Below are positions 57,797 to 64,000 of a stretch of DNA of 64,000 bases, one piece after another; position 1 is the first letter of the stretch, and each line of letters opens with the position of its first letter. A program made the translations under genes and the position numbers. This DNA is from an uncultured virus (IMG/VR IMGVR_UViG_3300040815_001293) (taxonomy: Duplodnaviria; Heunggongvirae; Uroviricota; Caudoviricetes): IMG/VR virus record IMGVR_UViG_3300040815_001293; one strand, written 5' to 3'. The notes under the pieces are model-generated. The model was not told the origin of the DNA, did no database searches, and saw only the letters and a list, made by a program, of their open reading frames with translations.

Positions 57797-59371
57797 ATGA
57801 CATACAAAGCCCTCGACGGCGTATTAGTAAAAAAGCCACATCAGAACCAACGTTGGACTGAAGAACAGTTAATAGATTTTAAAGAGTGTGCAGATTCTAA
57901 CACAGGACCTGCTTATTTTTTAGGTAAGTATTTTCATATTCAGCACCCTGTTGACGGCAAGATTCTTTATAAACCATACAAGTATCAAGAAACTTTAGTC
58001 AACAGTTATCACTCTAATAGATTTAGTATTAATTTATTGAGTAGACAAATGGGAAAAACTACAACTGCGGCTGGATACTTGTTGTGGTATGCTATGTTTG
58101 TACCAGACAGTACTATATTAATTGCGGCACACAAATATTCAGGTGCTCAAGAAATCATGCAGAAGATTCGATACGCATATGAACTTATGCCAGATCATAT
58201 TAGAGCGGGGGTAACAAGTTACAATAAAGGCAGTATAGAATTTGAAAACGGAAGTAGAATTGTAGCACAAGCAACAACAGAAAACACAGGACGTGGTATG
58301 AGTATTACGTTATTGTACTGTGATGAGTTTGCGTTTGTAAGACCAACTATTGCAAAAGAGTTTTGGACAAGTATTTCACCAACATTAGCAACTGGTGGTA
58401 AAGCAATTATTACAAGCACACCTAACAGTGATGAAGATCAGTTTTGGTTATTGTGGACAGAAGCAAACAGGACTATTGATGATTACGGACATCCTTTAAA
58501 AGATGGAATAGGGATAAACGGATTTTTTGGCTTTAAAGCATTATGGCGAGAACATCCTGACAGAGATGATGAATGGGCTAAAGAAGAATTAGGTCGTATT
58601 GGAGAAGAACGTTTTAAACGTGAAATGGACTGCGAACCAATTATATTTGATGAAACATTAATCAATGCAATTAGATTAGCAGAGATGGAAGGTAAAGAGC
58701 CAATTGAAAGACAAGGTCAAGTACGTTGGTTTAAAAAACCTAAAAAAGGCAGTATATACTTAATAAGTTTAGATCCAAGTTTAGGAACGGGTGGAGACAA
58801 TGCGGCAATACAGGTTATAGAAATGCCTTCACTAGAGCAAGTTGCAGAGTTTATGCACAATAAGACACCTATTGTACAGCAAATAAAAATAATGAAAGAA
58901 ATAGGTGAGTATCTAGTACAGCAAATAGATGAACCTAATGATGTTTATTACAGCGTTGAAAACAATACGCTAGGAGAGGCGGCACTAGTTACAATACAAG
59001 AAATTGGTGAAGAAAATATACCAGGTTTCTTTATTAGTGAACCTAAAGGACATGGTAATAGCAAAAGGTTTCGTAGAGGATTTAATACAACACATAAATC
59101 AAAAATCTCAGCCTGTGCTAAATTAAAGAGTTTAATTGAAACTAAAAGATTAACTATTAATAGTAGACCTCTGATATCAGAACTAAAGTCATTTGTGGCT
59201 GTGGGCAGTAGTTATCAAGCCAGACCAGGAGAAACTGACGATTTAGTTATGTCTTTAGTACTAGCAATACGCATGAGTATGGTGTTAAAGAAGTATGATG
59301 CTGGTATAGATGAGCTTTTAAGCGACAATTTTGACGATATAGTAGAACCCATGCCTACATTAATGTTATAA
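57797..59371 (+). CDS. gp17: Terminase large subunit
   Basis: YQ motif, Walker A SRQMGKTT, Walker B LLYCDEFAFV, ITSTP coupling motif, nuclease LDPS.G.GGD and DDLVM. Confidence 0.96.
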   Translation: MTYKALDGVLVKKPHQNQRWTEEQLIDFKECADSNTGPAYFLGKYFHIQHPVDGKILYKPYKYQETLVNSYHSNRFSINLLSRQMGKTTTAAGYLLWYAMFVPDSTILIAAHKYSGAQEIMQKIRYAYELMPDHIRAGVTSYNKGSIEFENGSRIVAQATTENTGRGMSITLLYCDEFAFVRPTIAKEFWTSISPTLATGGKAIITSTPNSDEDQFWLLWTEANRTIDDYGHPLKDGIGINGFFGFKALWREHPDRDDEWAKEELGRIGEERFKREMDCEPIIFDETLINAIRLAEMEGKEPIERQGQVRWFKKPKKGSIYLISLDPSLGTGGDNAAIQVIEMPSLEQVAEFMHNKTPIVQQIKIMKEIGEYLVQQIDEPNDVYYSVENNTLGEAALVTIQEIGEENIPGFFISEPKGHGNSKRFRRGFNTTHKSKISACAKLKSLIETKRLTINSRPLISELKSFVAVGSSYQARPGETDDLVMSLVLAIRMSMVLKKYDAGIDELLSDNFDDIVEPMPTLML

Positions 59372-59388
59372 AAAAGGTAAATAGTAAT

Positions 59389-61860
59389 ATGCAAATACAC
59401 AACAAAGTAGCCAACGATTTATATGGCATTTTAGCCAAGAAGTTTACTAAATTGACTATTGCAGATAGTCAAGCAGTAACTACAGTTGAACCATCAGAAG
59501 GTAGAATTTTTACTTTAGAATATGGGGCAAGTGGTAAAAGTTATGGCAGTGTCACTGTAAACGTAGTAGATCCTAACTCTTTAGTAGTTTATTATAATAC
59601 TAACATTAGTGAAGATATGCGTTACAATGATAAAAAAGATTGGTATGCTTTTTTAAAAGAATTAAGATATTTTTCTAAAAGAAATTTAATGAGTTTTGAT
59701 GTTCGTAATATTGGTAAGCAACAGTTAGATAAAACTGATTATGCTTATATAAAATCTAACGATAATAGTTATGATAGTTCAGAAGTAACTTTTGAAAGTA
59801 AATTAACAGGCACATTAAAAACATCATATCAACCATTTGGTGAAAATGTTAAATTAGTTATTAAACATAAAACACCAGTTGATGAAACTGTACGTGGTTC
59901 TAGAAGTAGAAGCATACATAGTTTGTATATAGAAAATGCCGACCAAGGAAGATTTAAACTTCCTTTTAAAAGTTTAATTGCCGCGAGAGCAATGGCAAAT
60001 CACGTTGCAAACAACGGATCATATGATGATGAAATTGGACAGCACATACATGAAATAACACAAGAAGCCTACGATTTAACAAGGTTTGTTAAAACTTTCA
60101 GACGTGCTGATAACTTTGCTGAACAAGATGAAGCACAGAAAATTATTGAACAAGCAAAACAACGTTATCAAGGTATTAGAGAAACTTTAAAAAGTTTATC
60201 AAAGCCTAAAGGATACGCAAGTTATGTAGAACAATATAAACCAACAGAAGATAATGTTGAACAAGCAGACTTAGATGAAATTAGAGGAAAGTTAGTTCGC
60301 ATTCAAAAAGATAATATAGTAGACACAATACTGCCAAATTTGGCTAGAGGGATTAATAAAATGAAAGTACAAGAAACTGATAAATCTTTAGCACACAATC
60401 TTGCAAAAGATCCAAGTGCTAATTTAGAATTACGTCCGCATCCAGAAGAAGATGCAGATATTAAAAACTATATGGCTCATATCAAAAAGATGATCATAAG
60501 AAAAGACAAAACTTCTGAAAATCCACAAGATGGTATTGTTAGAAAAATTATTATGTCGTTAGCAAAACGTACTGTTGACGATGCACTTTCTTTACAAATA
60601 AGTGATTTAGGTTCTATGGACAGTAAAGAAGATAAAACAGCGGCTTATCAGTTAGCCTCTAAATATTTAAAAGGCAAAGTTTCAGAGATCCCATTTGCTA
60701 GTAAAACTAAAGCAAAAACAGAAGAAGATCAATACGAAAGTATAATGAATAATTTATCAGAAGGTACTTGGGCAATTCCAGATACTGAAGAAGCAGTAAA
60801 TAAACTAGAAAGTTTGATGGCAGATGTACTTCCCCTCGGTGCAGAAGGCGACAACGCAACTAGTACAATGTACGGTATTATTGGTGATGATGAGTTATTT
60901 GATAACTTAGGAGACGCAGGAGATAAAGATCCACAAGGTGATGCTCGTCCAATTATTTGTGCATGGGTAAAAGAAAATTTAGATGGATACGATATACCAG
61001 CAGAATTAAACAGTAAAATCCATGATATTTGCAACAAGTTTACAGGTGTTGCAGAAGGTGGAGTTAAGAGATCATTAGAAGATGACGCTGAAAATTTAAG
61101 CAAAGAAGAGTTTATGAAAAAACATGGCGGACCTAATGCAGATGATGAGTCAGCATCCAATTTCTATGACAACTATAATGGTGTAGATGAAGCAGAAGTT
61201 CCAGAAGGAAACGAATTCACAGATGCTAGAAAAAAAGCCATTGATGCAGGTGAAACAGAATTTGAAGTAGATGGCAAGAAATATAAAGTTACTGGTGATA
61301 CATCAGATGAGAAAAAGCAAAATGAAAACGTTGTAGACAACGCCGCTGATTCTGAAGGTATAGAAGAAATAGCAGATGCAATTAAATTCCGTATTACTGC
61401 AAATCCAGAAACATTTGAAAAGATATTAAAACATACAGATATGCAAACACTATTATCGGCAATCGAAAGTGTTGCTGAATTCCATGCTCCAATGGAGGAG
61501 TTAGGATCAAGCGATATTAGTGCTATGGTTAAAGAAGTGATGCAAGATTTAGGTGTTAAAGAAGAATATATTTTTAATGGCGAAAAAGTTGAAGAAGCAC
61601 AAAGCCCGGCGCAAAAAGCCGCTTTTGAAAAAATGCTTGCCGCTAAAAAAGGTAATAAAAAAGACGATAGTAAGGAAGAAGAAAAAGAAGACGTTAAAGA
61701 AGAAGACGCTTATGACGGAACTCCTGAAGAAGTTAAAAAACTAAAAGCAAAAGAAAAAGCCGAAAAAGAAGAAGACAAGAAGAAAACTGAAGAATCAGTT
61801 GAAACACCGGCTGATCAGCATTTAGTAGACGAAATCTTATTTTTAGCAGGGTTGAAATAA
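59389..61860 (+). CDS. Large hypothetical protein with acidic C-terminal half (possible internal head protein)
   Basis: 823 aa; late promoter immediately upstream; ends DEILFLAGLK. Confidence 0.7.
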   Translation: MQIHNKVANDLYGILAKKFTKLTIADSQAVTTVEPSEGRIFTLEYGASGKSYGSVTVNVVDPNSLVVYYNTNISEDMRYNDKKDWYAFLKELRYFSKRNLMSFDVRNIGKQQLDKTDYAYIKSNDNSYDSSEVTFESKLTGTLKTSYQPFGENVKLVIKHKTPVDETVRGSRSRSIHSLYIENADQGRFKLPFKSLIAARAMANHVANNGSYDDEIGQHIHEITQEAYDLTRFVKTFRRADNFAEQDEAQKIIEQAKQRYQGIRETLKSLSKPKGYASYVEQYKPTEDNVEQADLDEIRGKLVRIQKDNIVDTILPNLARGINKMKVQETDKSLAHNLAKDPSANLELRPHPEEDADIKNYMAHIKKMIIRKDKTSENPQDGIVRKIIMSLAKRTVDDALSLQISDLGSMDSKEDKTAAYQLASKYLKGKVSEIPFASKTKAKTEEDQYESIMNNLSEGTWAIPDTEEAVNKLESLMADVLPLGAEGDNATSTMYGIIGDDELFDNLGDAGDKDPQGDARPIICAWVKENLDGYDIPAELNSKIHDICNKFTGVAEGGVKRSLEDDAENLSKEEFMKKHGGPNADDESASNFYDNYNGVDEAEVPEGNEFTDARKKAIDAGETEFEVDGKKYKVTGDTSDEKKQNENVVDNAADSEGIEEIADAIKFRITANPETFEKILKHTDMQTLLSAIESVAEFHAPMEELGSSDISAMVKEVMQDLGVKEEYIFNGEKVEEAQSPAQKAAFEKMLAAKKGNKKDDSKEEEKEDVKEEDAYDGTPEEVKKLKAKEKAEKEEDKKKTEESVETPADQHLVDEILFLAGLK

Positions 61861-62165
61861 ACCCTGTTATAAAAAACTACTAGTTTTTATCATCTATTAA
61901 TCTTAGATGATAAATACTTTTAGTTAAGCAATATCAATTAATTTTAAGTGCAATACTTAAAAAAGATAAATTGGTAAAATAAAAAAAATTCCAAACGACA
62001 AAACAAGAGACTGAAAATGATATACTCAATTCTGGCTTTTTTATATAAAAACTCTCCAGACAATATTATCTACTCTTATTCTGTGTAATTGCACAGAGTT
62101 TTTAGTATGGGCTAACGGGTTGTAAAAGACCCAATATTAATGTAGTAAAACAAAGGAGAACATTT

Positions 62166-63221
62166 ATGTTTAAAAGACTACTACTTTCAGCAATCCTATC
62201 CTTAGGTATTGTTTCTTCAGCATTCGCTGATTATACACTAATCGTTCCTCAAGCACCTGGTAAAGGTACTTCAGTATGGAGCGAAATTATTGCAAAGAAC
62301 TTAGAAAAGTTCGTTGGTGAGCCAGTAGTGGTACGCCATATTCCAGGAGCAAGAGATATTCCTGGTTTCAATAAATTCCACAATGACCTACGTTTTGATG
62401 ACAAAACAATTATGGTTGCACATGGTGGAAACGGTGTATCATACTTACTAGACAAAGTTGATTACAATTATTTCGATTATGAACTAATTGGATCAATGAA
62501 CAATGATATTGTTCTTGGCAAACACGCAGGAGCAAAAGAAAAAGAAGGTACATGGACAATCGCAGGCGGATCAGGTTTTGAACCAGATGCGGCGGCAGTT
62601 GCTATGTTACTATGCGGACCTCAAGGCAACAACACAGTAGACGACTATCTAAAATGTTGGAGAGAACGTGTAATTTGGGTTAACGGTGTATCAGGCGGAG
62701 AGAAACGTCTTGGTTTTAAAAATGGCGAATTTGATGTAGCCAGAGAATCACCTGCGGCTTGGAAACGTTTTTACGAAGGTATTGAAGGTAATGAATTATG
62801 GTTTACACACGGTATTCTAGATTTAGAAAACAATGTACAAATTCCAGATCCAAACTTTCCTAATACTCAGTTTGAAGATGTTTATGAATCACTATGGGGC
62901 GAACAGCCATCAGGCGATTTATACAATGCATACAAACTTACTCGTAATTGGAGAGATGCAATTCAAAAATCACTTTGGATGAACAAAGGAAACCCAAATG
63001 CGGCAAAAGTTAAAGCGGCTGTAACTGAAATGATCAACGATCCAGTTGCAAGTGCAGAAATTTATGCAAAGACAGGCGAGTACCCTTGGATCCAAGAAGG
63101 CCCAGAATTATTAGCGGCACTGAAATCATTGATTACAGAAAAAGCTCTTAAAGATGCGGTTAAGTGGAATCAAGAAGCATACGGCTTCCCATCAATCTAT
63201 AAACCTGAACTTTTAAAGTAA
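62166..63221 (+). CDS. tctC: Tripartite tricarboxylate transporter substrate-binding protein (TctC/Bug-like)
   Basis: Signal peptide ending AFA; LIVPQAPGKGT...LEKFVGEPVVVRHIPGA; adjacent TctA-like gene; AAGGAG RBS. Confidence 0.75.
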   Translation: MFKRLLLSAILSLGIVSSAFADYTLIVPQAPGKGTSVWSEIIAKNLEKFVGEPVVVRHIPGARDIPGFNKFHNDLRFDDKTIMVAHGGNGVSYLLDKVDYNYFDYELIGSMNNDIVLGKHAGAKEKEGTWTIAGGSGFEPDAAAVAMLLCGPQGNNTVDDYLKCWRERVIWVNGVSGGEKRLGFKNGEFDVARESPAAWKRFYEGIEGNELWFTHGILDLENNVQIPDPNFPNTQFEDVYESLWGEQPSGDLYNAYKLTRNWRDAIQKSLWMNKGNPNAAKVKAAVTEMINDPVASAEIYAKTGEYPWIQEGPELLAALKSLITEKALKDAVKWNQEAYGFPSIYKPELLK

Positions 63222-63233
63222 AGGAATAGAACT

Positions 63234-64000
63234 ATGGATTATGTTATCTGGGCGTTAATTGGCACCTGTTATGGAATGCTAGTTGGTATTATACCTATCG
63301 CAGGTGTAACTACCGCCCTGATAACTGTCTTTAGCATGGGAGCATACTTTATGGCTGACCCCTATTTGGGGTTAGTCTTTCTTACTGCAATCGTGGCAAG
63401 TTGTGCCAGTGCAGATAGTTATACAAGTATTCTAACAGGTATACCAGGTGCTAGTACGACAGCGGCTTGTGTTATTGATGGTTATCCAATGGCAAAGAAA
63501 GGCCAGGCGGCAAGAGCAATGGGAATTGCTATTACTGACTCTACATTTAATGGAGTTATATTCGCGGCATTAACTTTCTTTTTACTTCCTTATTATGGGA
63601 AGGTTATCGTATTATTTGGACGTCCAGAGTTTCTGGGATTCATGACAATGGCCCTAGCCTGTGTAGGCTTTGTGGCAAGTAAAAATGTATTTTTAAGTAT
63701 CTGTGCAATCATATTTGGATTAGCAGTGGGTATGGTAGGAGAAGATGTTGTAAGTAATCCTAGACTGACATTTGGTTGGGAATATTTACAAAATGGAATT
63801 GGTATGGTAGTTTTACTATCAGGATTATTTGGAGTTCCAGAATTATTAGATGGATTTAGAAAAAAATTAAAATCAGCGGCACCGCCAATGGAAGGCAATT
63901 ACTATGAAGGCTTAAAAGAAGGCTTTGGAGATTGTAAAAAGAATTGGCGAGACATGGCCCGAGGCGGAATAATTGGTTTTGTTACTGGTTTACTACCAGG
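63234..64000 (+). CDS. tctA: Tripartite tricarboxylate transporter permease (TctA), truncated by the window end
   Basis: Not in the ORF track. Reads MDYVIWALIGTCYGMLVGIIPIAG...SILTGIPGASTTAACVIDGYPMAKKGQAARAMG...NPRLTFG..YLQNG, carrying the TctA G.PG...DGYPMA..G signature. Confidence 0.88.
   Translation, partial: MDYVIWALIGTCYGMLVGIIPIAGVTTALITVFSMGAYFMADPYLGLVFLTAIVASCASADSYTSILTGIPGASTTAACVIDGYPMAKKGQAARAMGIAITDSTFNGVIFAALTFFLLPYYGKVIVLFGRPEFLGFMTMALACVGFVASKNVFLSICAIIFGLAVGMVGEDVVSNPRLTFGWEYLQNGIGMVVLLSGLFGVPELLDGFRKKLKSAAPPMEGNYYEGLKEGFGDCKKNWRDMARGGIIGFVTGLLP

Noticed and set aside
61861..62165. Prophage/host junction before tctC
   Set aside because: No att-like repeat, tRNA or integrase is visible. 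The late-promoter core and phage-like codon habits continue into tctC/tctA. It cannot be fully excluded without downstream sequence.
2587..63898. Many 60-220 aa ORFs antisense to, or nested in, the long genes (e.g. 6036-6587, 7317-7841, 38921-39586, 63593-63898)
   Set aside because: They are shadows of biased codon usage on the coding strand, with no RBS or recognisable motifs.
1..64000. Genome-wide stop-codon reassignment (TAG or TGA)
   Set aside because: Core genes are full length under the standard code, and TAG ends gp46 and the resolvase at their expected C-termini.

Overview
The window is an AT-rich segment of a large T4-like (contractile-tailed) bacteriophage, covering most of the virion morphogenesis region. 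It holds the baseplate (gp6, gp25, PAAR, gp5-, gp53- and gp26-like genes), tape measure, portal gp20, protease gp21, scaffold gp22, major capsid gp23, tail-fibre genes, neck gp13/gp14, gp15, sheath gp18, tube gp19, gp4 and terminase. It also holds late sigma gp55, gp46/gp47, a resolvase and a dNMP kinase. Accessory genes are an ANL adenylate-forming enzyme, a histone Hc1-like protein, a glycosyltransferase-like gene and a TctC/TctA tripartite tricarboxylate transporter. The strongest signals outside the ORF track are: (1) a ~360-nt, densely base-paired, pseudoknotted non-coding element at ~19185-19545 that I cannot assign to a known family; (2) a glutamine-I (glnA-motif) riboswitch ahead of a small basic ORF just after the capsid gene; (3) a -1 slippery site that would fuse the gp26-like chaperone to the next ORF, as in lambda G/GT; (4) a shared 'LAGL' motif in the scaffold and three unknown proteins; (5) apparent GCWGC avoidance; (6) apparently leaderless late genes. 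All assignments come from reading the sequence by eye; no searches were run.
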